DNA of 64,000 nt, taken from NCBI GenBank assembly GCA_041949685.1, contig JBHGAL010000001.1, positions 36,015 through 100,014 of the forward strand. Direction: 5' to 3'. Below are positions 52,553 to 62,882 of the stretch, piece after piece; positions within the stretch are counted from its first letter, which is position 1, and every line of letters starts with the position of its first letter. Under the pieces are notes generated by a model. The model worked only from the letters and a program-made list of their open reading frames with translations, was not told where the DNA came from and ran no database searches. This DNA is from Wolbachia endosymbiont of Folsomia candida. GTDB taxonomy: Bacteria; Pseudomonadota; Gammaproteobacteria; Diplorickettsiales; Diplorickettsiaceae. Both the position numbers and the translations under genes were made by a program.

Positions 52553-52637
52553 AAGCGCTTATTATACCTCATTTATCAGGCTCTTTCAGATAAGCTTTGC
52601 AAAACACGGCTTCATATTTTAAATGTAGGTATAATTC

Positions 52638-53114
52638 CTACCTGGTATAGCGTCCTAAACGCATTTTTTCGCGTTGCCAATCTTTTTCCTTGATACTAGC
52701 CCGCTTGTCATGTTCCTGTTTACCCTTGGCTAAACCGACTTCTAACTTAACCCGATTCTTTTTCCAATAAAGTTTTAATGCGATTAGGGTATAGCCTTTA
52801 CGCATAATGCTCCCAGCAAATTTACTCAGTTCTCGTTCATTGAGTAAGAGCTTACGTGTACGAGTTGGATCCGGCCGGCTATGATTGGTTGACACTGTTG
52901 CTAAGGGGGTAATATGACAACCTAAAAGCCATGCCTCGCCATTTTTTAATACCACATAGCTTTCGGTCAATTGAGCACGGCCACTGCGAAGACTTTTGAC
53001 CTCCCAACCCTGCAAAACCAACCCGGCCTCGATAGATTGTTCAATAAAATAATCATGGCGAGCGCGTCTATTTAAGGCAATAGTGGTGTCTTGCAATGCT
53101 TTCTTAGAATTCAT
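52638..53114 (-). CDS. smpB: SsrA-binding protein SmpB
   Basis: 158 aa. It has [22 protein letters not shown] and the LL....E motif. Confidence 0.96.
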   Translation of the reverse strand: MNSKKALQDTTIALNRRARHDYFIEQSIEAGLVLQGWEVKSLRSGRAQLTESYVVLKNGEAWLLGCHITPLATVSTNHSRPDPTRTRKLLLNERELSKFAGSIMRKGYTLIALKLYWKKNRVKLEVGLAKGKQEHDKRASIKEKDWQREKMRLGRYTR

Positions 53115-53195
53115 CGGATATACTCAAACCTGTTTTAGCAATCATAGATCCAAGCATAGCAAACATATTAACGAGAGTCGCCCCGAACCATAATT

Positions 53196-53636
53196 ATGCC
53201 ATTTATTCAACATTCTTTAGAAGTGCCTTACAATGTGTCAGAGATGTACAAACTGGTCAATCACATTGAAAAATATAGTGAATTTCTTCCCTGGTGTACT
53301 GAAAGTAAAGTCATCAGTCAAGATGAAGATAGTATACAAGCTTGTCTTACATTGACGAGAGGAGGACTGTCTAAAACCTTTACCACATCAAATCGTCTGC
53401 AGAAAGACAAGTTAATTGAAATTAGCCTTATCAATGGCCCATTTAAACATTTAGAAGGCTATTGGTCTTTTGAAACTACGCCAAACGGATCCAGAATCAA
53501 TTTAAATTTGGAATTTGAATTTTCTACGCGTTTGCTAGCACTTGCTTTTTCTCCGTTTTTTGAGAGAGTAGCAAATACGCTAGTACAAGCTTTTTCTGAC
53601 CGCGCCAAGCAAGTTTATGGAGATCGCAAATTTTGA
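53196..53636 (+). CDS. ratA: SRPBCC-family protein RatA/YfjG (Coq10-like)
   Basis: 146 aa. It shows polyketide cyclase/SRPBCC-type colinearity and is divergent from smpB, as in E. coli. Confidence 0.8.
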   Translation: MPFIQHSLEVPYNVSEMYKLVNHIEKYSEFLPWCTESKVISQDEDSIQACLTLTRGGLSKTFTTSNRLQKDKLIEISLINGPFKHLEGYWSFETTPNGSRINLNLEFEFSTRLLALAFSPFFERVANTLVQAFSDRAKQVYGDRKF

Positions 53637-53668
53637 AAACAAAACTCTTCCATAAGCAAAGTAATAAT

Positions 53669-53956
53669 ATGCCTGTTTTTGAAGTTGAAGTGATATTTGC
53701 TGATCAACATCAGCAAAAAATCTTAAAAGTTTCTATCCCTACTACTGCTAGCGTCTCAACAGCCATAAAGCTTTCGGGTATTCTATTAGATTTCCCAGGT
53801 ATCGATCTGACCAAAAATAAAGTAGGGATTTTTGGAAAATTATGCAATTTGGATGCTCAAGTAAAACCAGGAGATAGAATAGAAATTTATCAGCCACTCC
53901 TAATAGAACCTAAAAAAATGAGAATAAATCGTGCAAAAAAACAAAAAACTGGTTAA
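53669..53956 (+). CDS. rnfH: RnfH-family ubiquitin-like protein (YfjF/RatB)
   Basis: The ATG at 53669 (MPVFEVEVIFA) gives about 95 aa; the track start at 53633 is TTG. It has GDRIEIYQPL and follows ratA. Confidence 0.8.
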   Translation: MPVFEVEVIFADQHQQKILKVSIPTTASVSTAIKLSGILLDFPGIDLTKNKVGIFGKLCNLDAQVKPGDRIEIYQPLLIEPKKMRINRAKKQKTG

Positions 53957-53987
53957 CGCGTTTCTAAATAAAACATATAAAAATATA

Positions 53988-54296
53988 TTAATTAAGGGTC
54001 GATTTTTCAATCTGTTTTAAGCGTCCGTTAGAAAAAATAAGCGTAACACGCTTTTGAATAGGCTCTCCATGACCTGGCTGAAGGAAATAAATATAATCTT
54101 GACGATCGGGTTGAAAAGGAGGCTGCAATACGCAACTACCTAATAGATAACGAACTTGCTCCCTAGTCATACCGGGTTCTAACTGGTCTATGGTAGACTG
54201 CTGCAGTATATTACCTTGCTGAATATCTGGCCGATAAACAATGTGACAACCAGCAATGAGTAATATTAAAAACAGACTTATAAGCAACTTTTTCAT
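53988..54296 (-). CDS. bamE: outer membrane protein assembly factor BamE (SmpA/OmlA)
   Basis: 102 aa. It has a lipobox IAGC, QQGN and the GMTREQVRYLLG motif. Confidence 0.88.
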   Translation of the reverse strand: MKKLLISLFLILLIAGCHIVYRPDIQQGNILQQSTIDQLEPGMTREQVRYLLGSCVLQPPFQPDRQDYIYFLQPGHGEPIQKRVTLIFSNGRLKQIEKSTLN

Positions 54297-54428
54297 AAAA
54301 ATATCATCAATAAAATAAAGTCATAACCGCGATTTCTACAAAATGTTTAAAAAACAATTAGAAAAAATTTAATTAACTTAAAATCACTCCAATATTAATT
54401 ATTAACCGAGGAGTTTAGAGATAAACTA

Positions 54429-54860
54429 ATGGATAATCAACAACTACGCCAAGCGGGTTTAAAAGTAACCGGTCCTAGATTAAAAATACTTGAATTACTA
54501 GCGCAAGCTAAAACTCGTCATTTAAGTGCTGAAGATATTTATAAAGCCTTATTGGAATCCGGCGAGGACATAGGTTTAGCCACAGTTTATCGAGTATTAA
54601 CTCAATTTGAAAGCGCAGGTTTGGTAAAGCGCCAAAACTTTGAAGATGCCTATTCGGTGTTTGAGTTGAATCAAGGTCCGCATCACGATCATTTAGTCTG
54701 TATCAAATGCGGAAAAGTGGATGAATTTGTTGATAAAATCATCGAACAACGCCAAAAAATTGTTGCAAAACAAGCCAATTATCAAATGACAGACCATAGC
54801 CTAATCATTTATGGGGTTTGTAATAAATGTTCTAAAAAGCAAAAACTGAAATTAAAATAA
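54429..54860 (+). CDS. fur: ferric uptake regulator
   Basis: 143 aa. It has LKVTGPRLKILE, ATVYRVLTQFE, HHDHLVC..CG and a C-terminal CxxC. Confidence 0.95.
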   Translation: MDNQQLRQAGLKVTGPRLKILELLAQAKTRHLSAEDIYKALLESGEDIGLATVYRVLTQFESAGLVKRQNFEDAYSVFELNQGPHHDHLVCIKCGKVDEFVDKIIEQRQKIVAKQANYQMTDHSLIIYGVCNKCSKKQKLKLK

Positions 54861-54885
54861 ATATTTGTAAACTTAAAGAATTTAG

Positions 54886-56316
54886 CTAATCTACTTCTAA
54901 AATCTTTAATGTATTGGTCCCGCCAGTGGTTTTTAACAAATCTCCGTAAGTAATTAATACTCGTTCTCCTTTTCGTAAAAGCTCATGTTTCTTCAATTCT
55001 TTAATTGCTAAATGACCTATATTTTCTTTATGTACTTTATCTATATTAAAATATAAGGGATATACGCCGCGATACAAGGCTAATCGACGTGTTGTTTGTA
55101 AGCTATGTGCTAAACCATAAATAGGTATTCCAGAACGAATCCGCGACATCCATAAAGGCGTCGCACCTGACTCAGTTAAGGCAATGATGGCCTTAATATC
55201 ATAATGATTGGCCGTATACATAGCTGCCATCGCAATGGCTTCATCAGGACGATAGAATTGACATTCTACCCGATGCCGGGATACGCGCATTTTAGCTTGT
55301 TTTTCCGCACCTAAACAAATACGTGCCATAGCCATTACTACTAAAGCAGGATGATCTCCTGTAGCAGTTTCTGCAGATAACATAACGGCATCAGTGCCGT
55401 CCAATACAGCATTCGCTACATCAAAAACTTCTGCTCGAGTTGGAATAGCATTATGAATCATCGATTCCATCATCTGTGTCGCAGTAATCACTGCTTTATC
55501 TAAAGATCGTGCCCGCTGAATAATATGCTTTTGCACAGCGGGTAATTCAGCATCACCAATTTCAACACCCAAATCACCACGAGCCACCATCACTGCATCA
55601 GAAGCTCGAATAATTTCATCAATAACAGGAATGGCATCGCTACGTTCTATTTTTGCAATCAAACCCGCATGCCCTTTTGCCTTCTTTAATAAAGTTCGAG
55701 CTAGATTCATATCCGCGGCACTGCGAGGAAAAGAAATCGCAATATAATCAGCACTTAATTTTACTGCTATTTTTAAATCTTTTTTATCCTTGTCAGTTAA
55801 CGCTACGGCAGAAAGACCACCACCTTTTCGATTAATTCCTTTGTTATTAGATAACTCCCCACCTACTTCTACAAGACAAAATATTTTATTTTTCTGAATT
55901 TTTTTCACTTTCAGCACTAAACGTCCATCGTCGAGCAACAACAGATCTCCACGATGAACATCTCGTGGTAAGGCTTTATAATCAATACCTACTGTTGATT
56001 CATCGCCACTATCTTTACCTAAATCAGCATCTAGAATAAACAAAGCATCTTTTTTTAAAAAAATAGAGCCTTTTTTAAAGCATGCAATACGAATTTTTGG
56101 TCCTTGTAAATCCGCCATGATAGCAATTTCTCGGCCCACAGCTTTTGCACATTCGCGAACATAATTCGCTCGTTTAATATGATCTTCTGATTTACCATGT
56201 GAGAAATTCAATCTAACCACATCTAAGCCTGCAGCTATCATCGCTTGTAATACACCAGGCTTATCGGTTGCAGGGCCTAACGTAGCCACGATCTTGGTTC
56301 GTTTAAATCGCTTCAT
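54886..56316 (-). CDS. pyk: pyruvate kinase
   Basis: 476 aa. It has TKIVATLGPA, MVARGDLGVEI and ATQMLESM-like ATQMMESM. Confidence 0.96.
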   Translation of the reverse strand: MKRFKRTKIVATLGPATDKPGVLQAMIAAGLDVVRLNFSHGKSEDHIKRANYVRECAKAVGREIAIMADLQGPKIRIACFKKGSIFLKKDALFILDADLGKDSGDESTVGIDYKALPRDVHRGDLLLLDDGRLVLKVKKIQKNKIFCLVEVGGELSNNKGINRKGGGLSAVALTDKDKKDLKIAVKLSADYIAISFPRSAADMNLARTLLKKAKGHAGLIAKIERSDAIPVIDEIIRASDAVMVARGDLGVEIGDAELPAVQKHIIQRARSLDKAVITATQMMESMIHNAIPTRAEVFDVANAVLDGTDAVMLSAETATGDHPALVVMAMARICLGAEKQAKMRVSRHRVECQFYRPDEAIAMAAMYTANHYDIKAIIALTESGATPLWMSRIRSGIPIYGLAHSLQTTRRLALYRGVYPLYFNIDKVHKENIGHLAIKELKKHELLRKGERVLITYGDLLKTTGGTNTLKILEVD

Positions 56317-56318
56317 TA

Positions 56319-57500
56319 CTATCTTTCCCTTATGCGCTCTTGTAATACAGCTAAAGCAGGTAAAGTTTTTCCCTGTATAAATTCAAGAAAAGCTCCTCCT
56401 CCCGTAGATATATAGGAAATATTATTTGCAATGCCATATTTTTCGATGGCTGCTAAAGTATCGCCACCCCCTGCAATGGAAAAAGCTAAACTATTGGCAA
56501 TAGCATTACTCAAAGCACGGGTTCCTTGTTCAAAAGGGAACATTTCGAAAACTCCAAGAGGTCCATTCCATAAAATAGTCGCTGCCAGTTGTACATACTG
56601 GTTATAACGTTTAATTGATTCTGGTCCAACATCTAAAATCATTTCATCATCATTTATTTCTGTTAATTTTTTAACAGTGCCTTTGGCAGTTGTAGAGATT
56701 TCAGTAGCCACAACAACATCGGTAGGCAGCACAATCTCAACTTGTAATTGTTTTGATAATTCTAAAAGTTTTTTTGCCTCTTTAACCAGTTCAGCCTCAT
56801 ATAAAGATCGGCCTACAGAATAACCTTGTGCAACTAAAAAAGTATTGGCAATTCCTCCTCCTAGAAGTAAGGAGTTTACTTTATTAAGCAAAGAGGATAA
56901 CAGCATTAATTTAGTAGACACCTTTGCGCCACCCACAATGGCTAATAAGGGCCTCGCTGGATTTTCCAATGCTGAGGTCAACGCTTTTAACTCTGAGGTC
57001 AACAATAAACCTGCGCAAACTTGTGGTGAAAACTGCGCTACTCCCACAGTGGATGCTTCACTGCGATGGGCTGTAGCAAATGCATCCATAACAAAAATAT
57101 CAGCTAATTTTGCAATTTTTTTAGCTAAACTAGGATCATTTTCCTTTTCTCCTGTTTGAAATCTAACATTTTCACACAGCACGACTTCACCCGGTGAAAT
57201 CTCAAACCCATCCAACCAATCAGTGATAAATTTTACTGGATGACCTAATAACTCTTGTAATCGTGCGGCGATCGACGCTAAAGAAAGTTCAGGAGTAACA
57301 TAACCTTCCGCTGGTCTATCTAGATGAGAGAGTAAAATAACCGCCGCACCTTTTTTTAAGGCATATTGAATGGTGGGTAATGCTGCTTTGATACGCGCAT
57401 CACTGGTAATCATGCCCTTATCTAAAGGCACATTAAAATCTTCCCGAATAAGAACACGCTTATTTTTTAAATCTAAATCTTCTAGGCGAATTAAATTCAT
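56319..57500 (-). CDS. pgk: phosphoglycerate kinase
   Basis: 393 aa. It has [19 protein letters not shown] and [10 protein letters not shown]. Confidence 0.96.
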   Translation of the reverse strand: MNLIRLEDLDLKNKRVLIREDFNVPLDKGMITSDARIKAALPTIQYALKKGAAVILLSHLDRPAEGYVTPELSLASIAARLQELLGHPVKFITDWLDGFEISPGEVVLCENVRFQTGEKENDPSLAKKIAKLADIFVMDAFATAHRSEASTVGVAQFSPQVCAGLLLTSELKALTSALENPARPLLAIVGGAKVSTKLMLLSSLLNKVNSLLLGGGIANTFLVAQGYSVGRSLYEAELVKEAKKLLELSKQLQVEIVLPTDVVVATEISTTAKGTVKKLTEINDDEMILDVGPESIKRYNQYVQLAATILWNGPLGVFEMFPFEQGTRALSNAIANSLAFSIAGGGDTLAAIEKYGIANNISYISTGGGAFLEFIQGKTLPALAVLQERIRER

Positions 57501-57725
57501 AAAATTATATAAATATAAAAGTGTAGTGTCGATAAAGGATAATAAAAACTAAAATATCGAATAAGTAGCTGTTTAGTTGTAATTCACCCTGTCGTCACCA
57601 ATTTAAAAGAACTTAACGAAAGTGAATTCCTTTAATTTTAGCTCTGTAGGAGATAAAAAATATCTTGCTTGAACTTAAGTTCTTGAAAAAACAACACATT
57701 TTCTCCAGCCTATAGTAAACATTTT

Positions 57726-57802
57726 CGTCATTGCGAGCACCATAAGTGCGTGGCAATCCATGGGGCCACGGCCTCACTGACGTTTCGGCCTCGCCATGAC
57801 GG
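57726..57802. repeat. palindromic intergenic element of the CGTCATTGCGAG type
   Basis: The left arm CGTCATTGCGAGC and the right arm GCCTCGCCATGACGG are inverted (11 of 12 bases). A GC-rich core GTGGCAATCCATGGGGCCACGGCC sits inside an AT-rich spacer. I recall similar motifs as dispersed repeats in several intracellular bacteria. Confidence 0.55.
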
Positions 57803-57853
57803 ACTATTTTTAATTTTTGCCCCCTACAGAATAATTTTAGATATCAAAAAAAT

Positions 57854-58822
57854 TTAAGCTGATCTTCTCGATGGAGAATTTTGCCTGACAGTTTCATTTT
57901 CTGTCACAAGATCTTTATTCAACTCTTCATAAGCGCTATGAATTTTTTGGAAATCTTCTTTTAATCCACCCTTGTCTGGGTGATGAATTAAAATCAGCTT
58001 ATGATATTGTTTACGCAACCTTTTTCTAAAGTCATCTTCAGACTCATCAGTATATTTCGGCTCCATCCCTAATATCTCATAGGGATTCAGTAGAGAACGT
58101 TGGGAATTTCCAGGAAAATTTTGCTGTGATCCCATACCGGGCCTGTTGAAAAACTCCTCTTCATCATACATTCGCATCTGTGGATTCGGTTTAATAACCA
58201 GTCGTCTATGTAGATTCTCATTATCCTTATCTAATTTTTCAGTAACAACCTCTTCAAGCTCCTTGCAAAGAGCTGTCATGGGATTTACTTTTTTTGAGTT
58301 ATTTGCAAGAGGGTCCTCGATCTGGGTTTGAGAAGGATTATAAAGATCATAGCTCAACAAACCATCGTTTGTTTCTTCCGAATAAAAATTAGAGAAGGGA
58401 ATATGACTTGAATCAACTATCTCAAGCTCTGTCAATATTTCATCAATTATCGCTTCGTCAATATCAAAATTCTCATGGAAGAACTTTAAGGCTCTATACT
58501 TTAAATCATTAGGGAGATTTTTAGACGCCACAATACTTAGGATTAAAGAAACAAGCAAAGATAATCTTTTTGGATAAAACTTTTTAGCAAAAACCATATT
58601 TTCTTGAGATTCATTTATCGCACATATGTAATTCATAAAGAATTGTAAGTCCAATTTTTCTAATTTCTTGCGCTCTGACCTAACTCTTAGCAATCTATTG
58701 GTAATAAGCTCATTATCTGCTGGCTTTGGAGAACCAAATTTTATTTCCTTATTTCTGCTCTCAATAAAATGTGTAACCGCCTGATTAGTTGGATTTCTAC
58801 TAAGCTTTAAAGACGCTGTCAT
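57854..58822 (-). CDS. hypothetical protein with C-terminal J-domain (type III DnaJ-like)
   Basis: 322 aa. Residues ~246-310 read NPYEILGME...FRKRLRKQYHKLILIHHPDKGG...FQKIHSAYEEL, a J-domain with an intact HPD. There is no G/F or zinc-finger region, and the N-terminal 240 aa are unrecognised. Confidence 0.75.
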   Translation of the reverse strand: MTASLKLSRNPTNQAVTHFIESRNKEIKFGSPKPADNELITNRLLRVRSERKKLEKLDLQFFMNYICAINESQENMVFAKKFYPKRLSLLVSLILSIVASKNLPNDLKYRALKFFHENFDIDEAIIDEILTELEIVDSSHIPFSNFYSEETNDGLLSYDLYNPSQTQIEDPLANNSKKVNPMTALCKELEEVVTEKLDKDNENLHRRLVIKPNPQMRMYDEEEFFNRPGMGSQQNFPGNSQRSLLNPYEILGMEPKYTDESEDDFRKRLRKQYHKLILIHHPDKGGLKEDFQKIHSAYEELNKDLVTENETVRQNSPSRRSA

Positions 58823-58963
58823 ATATTTTTCTCTAATTTTTTTTACATAACCCCATTCTCAAGTTAACACCGATTTCTTCCTAAGACAATATCCAAACCA
58901 TAAACAACCGAAAACGACTGCCAACCATTGCTTCCTCTTAAAATTGAGGTTATTTTTGAGCCC

Positions 58964-59758
58964 ATGACATCTTTACATGGTTTAAGGGCTCTCATTACCC
59001 GTCCTGCTCATCAAGCGACAGACTTAGCAGCCCAAACTCAGTATTATGCGGGCCAAGCCGTTCATTTCCCAACATTAGAAATTATCCCTACAAAGGATAC
59101 TACCGTCTTATTATCTACTTTAAAAAAACTTAGTCGTTATGATTTTGTTATCTTTATTAGCCCTAATTCAGTCTTTAACACTGCTGAATCTATCCATCGT
59201 ATTTGGCCTAATTGGCCAAAAAATACCAAAACCATCGCCACCGGACCTGGCACAGCATTAGCTCTAAAGCAATACGATCTGGCATGCGATTTCTGCCCAG
59301 AAAAGGATTTTAATGGCATTGGCCTATCAAACCTTGCTGTCTTAAAGGACATAAAAAAGAAAAAAATTCTAATCATCAAGGGAGAAGGTGGTCGTTTATA
59401 CCTAGCAAAGAGCCTAAGAGCCCGTGGTGCTCAGATCGAAAATCTGAATGTTTATAAAAGACAGTTACCAAAAATTGATAAAGACAATATTCCGAATCAA
59501 GAAGCAATTGATGTCATTATTTGCACCAGTCATAGCGGACTTAAAAATCTAGTTAGCTTATTGTATCCTTACTGGCAAGATTTTTTATTTAAAAAGCAAT
59601 TGCTCGTCATTAGCCTTCGACTAGCTGATAGTGCCAAGAAACTAGGTTTTGTCAAACCGCCCTTAATATCGGATAATGCTTCAAATACGGCTATCTTACA
59701 AACCCTGTTTTCCTGGCGGGAGCAATCACTATGGAATCACAGCCCACACATAACTTAG
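58964..59758 (+). CDS. hemD: uroporphyrinogen-III synthase
   Basis: The ATG at 58964 gives MTSLHGLRALITRP; the track start at 58928 is TTG. HEM4-family colinearity supports the call, and it precedes hemX-hemY. Confidence 0.8.
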   Translation: MTSLHGLRALITRPAHQATDLAAQTQYYAGQAVHFPTLEIIPTKDTTVLLSTLKKLSRYDFVIFISPNSVFNTAESIHRIWPNWPKNTKTIATGPGTALALKQYDLACDFCPEKDFNGIGLSNLAVLKDIKKKKILIIKGEGGRLYLAKSLRARGAQIENLNVYKRQLPKIDKDNIPNQEAIDVIICTSHSGLKNLVSLLYPYWQDFLFKKQLLVISLRLADSAKKLGFVKPPLISDNASNTAILQTLFSWREQSLWNHSPHIT

Positions 59759-60771
59759 AAGAAACTGAAATAAAGGCCAAAAGAAACAAGCCCTTACGTT
59801 GCTTCATTGCTTGGTGTTCAATAGGATTGTTACTCATCACCTGGTTGGGTTTAGTTTTAGGATTAGGTTTTTTTTGGTTAAAAAATAGAGAACAATTTAG
59901 CGAATATCAACATCAACTATCCACCATTCAAACGCAGATCTCGGCAAGTCAAACTGACGATAAAAATTTCCAACAACATATCGTACAACTACAAAATTTT
60001 ATAGAACAAAAATTCTCAGCCAATGATAATGCTATTTTGCTTGCTAATGTTAAGCAACTGATTCAGTTAGCTCAGTATAATCTAGTTTATTTTCATGATA
60101 CCGACAATGCTTTGTCAGCATTGACACTAGCCGATAAACAATTAAGCACAATTATCAGTCCGGATATTCGATTAGAAAATCTTCATCAGTTATTAACCCA
60201 ATGTTTAACTAATTTAAAAGCTTTACCACATATAGATTTAACGACTAGCTTAGCCCAGATACAGACTTTAAAAGCACAAATCACACAATTACCTTTGTTG
60301 CCTACATCTAATTCTGCTGTACCAAACCCTGATGTTGCTATCAGCAATCTTTCGGAAAATAAATGGATACGTACGCTGCAAAATAGTCTAAATAGCTTTC
60401 GACAGCTAATTGTTATTCGTCGCTTGAATAAACCTATTGAGCCTTTATTGCCAGAAAGAGAGCAACAATATTTGCAACATAATTTGATATTATTATTACA
60501 GCAAGCTCAATGGGCATTAATACATCATGAAGCGATTATTTATCAATCCAGCTTGCAAGAAATTCAGGAAAATATAAAAAATCATTTTGCAGCTAACTCG
60601 CCTACCACACAAGCAGTCGTGCAAAGTATTACTCAATTACAACAAATCGATCTGCAAACTCCATCTCTTGATTTAAATCCATTGCTCCAGGCAATTTTGA
60701 TTATCAAAAAAACGCCTATCAATTCTAACGTTACTCCTGTAGTTACCGCTAATCAAAAGGAACCCTCTTGA
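59731..60771 (+). CDS. hemX: HemX-family membrane protein (uroporphyrinogen-III C-methyltransferase-like)
   Basis: 346 aa. It has an N-terminal TM helix and a Gln-rich coiled-coil periplasmic part. It lies between hemD and hemY. Confidence 0.7.
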   Translation: MESQPTHNLEETEIKAKRNKPLRCFIAWCSIGLLLITWLGLVLGLGFFWLKNREQFSEYQHQLSTIQTQISASQTDDKNFQQHIVQLQNFIEQKFSANDNAILLANVKQLIQLAQYNLVYFHDTDNALSALTLADKQLSTIISPDIRLENLHQLLTQCLTNLKALPHIDLTTSLAQIQTLKAQITQLPLLPTSNSAVPNPDVAISNLSENKWIRTLQNSLNSFRQLIVIRRLNKPIEPLLPEREQQYLQHNLILLLQQAQWALIHHEAIIYQSSLQEIQENIKNHFAANSPTTQAVVQSITQLQQIDLQTPSLDLNPLLQAILIIKKTPINSNVTPVVTANQKEPS

Positions 60772-61649
60772 TGCATCGGTTTTTTATATTTTTATTGGTT
60801 CTGGCTCTTTCTGTTTGGATCGGAGTTAAAATAACTGTCGATCCGGGATATATGCTGATTACTTGGCATCAACTTGCCTTAGAAATGCCACTATGGTTAG
60901 TTATCTTAATTTTAGTCATTAGCTTTATATTAATTTATTATTTAATTCGGTTCATTAGATATTTATTAATGTTACCAAAACAATGGCGTCACAATTTAAA
61001 TAAAACACGTTCTCAAAAAACCATGGCGTTGGATGATCAACGCCTGTTTTCTGCGCTTTATCAAAAACCACAAAACTGGCATCATATTTTAGAAATTTTA
61101 CCTCAATTAGAAAATAAAACCTGGATATCTAAAGATCAAATTCAACAATTACAACAAGAAAGTGTTGAAAATTTATTAAGTCAAGAACAATATACCTACG
61201 ATTTATCAACGCTTGAGAGTATCTGGGGCAATTTACCACCTAAATTAAAAAAAGATCCTTACCTGTTAAATTTTTATATTCAAGGTCTTATAAGACATCA
61301 TGAAGATGCGAAAGCTGAATCGTTAATAATAAAACAATTAAAAAGGCAATGGTTTGGTCCGCTTGTTCCAACCTATAGTCTTATTAAAAGCATTAATCCT
61401 GCTCGCCAATTAGCAATAGCAGAAAAATGGCTCAAAAAACATTCTGATGACCCTTATCTTTTATTAAGTTTAGGTCGCTTATGTAGGCAGAGAAAATTAT
61501 GGGGAAAAGCTCGGGATTATTTAGAAAAAAGTTTAATCTATGATTCTTCTAATTCAGAAACTTATCTGGAATTAGGTGAGTTATTTGAAGGTCTAGAAGA
61601 ACCACTTCAAGCTTTGATATGGTTTAAAAAAGGATTAACAAAAAAATAA
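60768..61649 (+). CDS. hemY: HemY-family protein (HemY_N plus TPR), short
   Basis: 293 aa. It has two N-terminal TM helices and a C-terminal TPR region (LGRLCRQRKLWGKARDYLEKSL). It follows hemX. Confidence 0.7.
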   Translation: MMHRFFIFLLVLALSVWIGVKITVDPGYMLITWHQLALEMPLWLVILILVISFILIYYLIRFIRYLLMLPKQWRHNLNKTRSQKTMALDDQRLFSALYQKPQNWHHILEILPQLENKTWISKDQIQQLQQESVENLLSQEQYTYDLSTLESIWGNLPPKLKKDPYLLNFYIQGLIRHHEDAKAESLIIKQLKRQWFGPLVPTYSLIKSINPARQLAIAEKWLKKHSDDPYLLLSLGRLCRQRKLWGKARDYLEKSLIYDSSNSETYLELGELFEGLEEPLQALIWFKKGLTKK

Positions 61650-62882
61650 TTATGCTTTTTCTAAATCATAGACTCGTCCTTTTAATATAGTTGTAATAGG
61701 CCAACCTCTCAAAAGGCGTCCTACAAAGGGTGACCACTGGCACTTAGTACTAAGGTGCTGGTCTTCCACCCTCTTCGCTAATGATAAATCGACTAACACG
61801 CAATCCTCGGGATAATCTGGTAAGTCGAATATTTTTTTTGCCCGAAGCGAAGTTAAATCCACTATGTTGTTTAAAGTAAGTAAATCTTGATGATAGGCTT
61901 CCAGTAACAATGGCAAAGTTGTTTCTATACCCGGCACCCCAGATGGACACATACCATAAGGTCTAGCTTTTTCTTCTAAGGTATGTGGGGCATGATCTGA
62001 TCCTATGGTATCAATAATACCTGATTTTATTGCCTTAAATAATACAGCTTGATGGTCTGAAGATCGCAACGGTGGATTCATCACTGCTTTACCTTTTAAA
62101 CTCGCATAATCTGTTAAATTCAAAAATAAGTGATGCGGAGTTGTTTCGGCAAAAACAGGAAGGCCTTCTTCTTTAGCCTGTGCAATTAAATCAATTTCTT
62201 GGTGCGTACTAGTATGTAAAATGTACAAACGCGTTCCATATTCACGAACCAGCTGAATAGCTTTTTTTACGGCTAATACGGCCGCTGTTTCATCGCGAAT
62301 TTTTGAATGTATTGAATAATTTTGCGGTCCTGAAAATTTTTTTTGGTTTTCTTTTAAGCGCTGCTCATCTTCTGCATGAACCGCAACTAGCATATTTTCT
62401 TCAGCTGCTATCTTGAAAATGGCGTGTAAACTCTCATCATCATCGATAACTAAGCCACCTGTACTACACCCCATAAAAACTTTAATGCCAATTACCTGAT
62501 CTTTTACTTTTTTTATTTCATTTAAATGATGTTTGTCAGCACCAAAAAATAAATGGTAACGTAAAGGGATTTTTGCTTCTTTTAATTGTCGGTCAATAAG
62601 CGCTTTTTTTTCTTGTAAGGCGATTTGCGTAACCGTAGGAGGCAAGGTGTTAGGCATATCGAAAACAGTGGTATAGCCGCCCTTTATACTAGCTTTAGCA
62701 GCAGTTTTCCAATCTTCTTTATATTCCAAACCAGGCGTCCGAAAATGCACATGGGGATCGATTAATCCAGGCAATACTAATAAATGATTCCCCGAGATAA
62801 TAATTTCTTGTTCACTATCTATAGTAATATTTTGACGTTGATTTTCTACATTAAGAATATTATTTATCTGTATCATAAACAA
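61650..62882 (-). CDS. pyrC: dihydroorotase (class I, allantoinase-like)
   Basis: 410 aa. It has the metal ligands DPHVHFR, the carboxylated-Lys context IKVFMG, HAED and GSDHAPH. It is adjacent to pyrI-pyrB. Confidence 0.9.
   Translation of the reverse strand: MFMIQINNILNVENQRQNITIDSEQEIIISGNHLLVLPGLIDPHVHFRTPGLEYKEDWKTAAKASIKGGYTTVFDMPNTLPPTVTQIALQEKKALIDRQLKEAKIPLRYHLFFGADKHHLNEIKKVKDQVIGIKVFMGCSTGGLVIDDDESLHAIFKIAAEENMLVAVHAEDEQRLKENQKKFSGPQNYSIHSKIRDETAAVLAVKKAIQLVREYGTRLYILHTSTHQEIDLIAQAKEEGLPVFAETTPHHLFLNLTDYASLKGKAVMNPPLRSSDHQAVLFKAIKSGIIDTIGSDHAPHTLEEKARPYGMCPSGVPGIETTLPLLLEAYHQDLLTLNNIVDLTSLRAKKIFDLPDYPEDCVLVDLSLAKRVEDQHLSTKCQWSPFVGRLLRGWPITTILKGRVYDLEKA

Noticed and set aside
53196-53956. 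ratA-rnfH (ratA/ratB) as a toxin-antitoxin system
   Set aside because: This is a conserved housekeeping pair next to smpB in many gammaproteobacteria (SRPBCC/Coq10-like and ubiquitin-like RnfH). Nothing in the sequence suggests a mobile or addiction module.
54380-54428. AT-rich near-palindrome CAATATTAATTATTAAC upstream of fur as an autoregulatory Fur box
   Set aside because: It matches the 19-bp Fur consensus poorly and is indistinguishable from the background AT-richness of intergenic DNA here.
57606-57690. Inverted repeats AAGAACTTAA / TTAAGTTCTT and the 12-bp palindrome GAACTTAAGTTC in the pgk upstream spacer
   Set aside because: These are short, AT-rich and single-occurrence, so they could be an operator or chance. 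There is not enough support to call a feature.
61650-62882. Possibility that the dihydroorotase next to pyrBI is an inactive PyrC'-type structural subunit
   Set aside because: The HxH motif, the carboxylated-Lys context, HAED and the DHAPH metal-ligand motifs are all present, and a PyrI regulatory chain is encoded. A normal active enzyme is therefore more likely.
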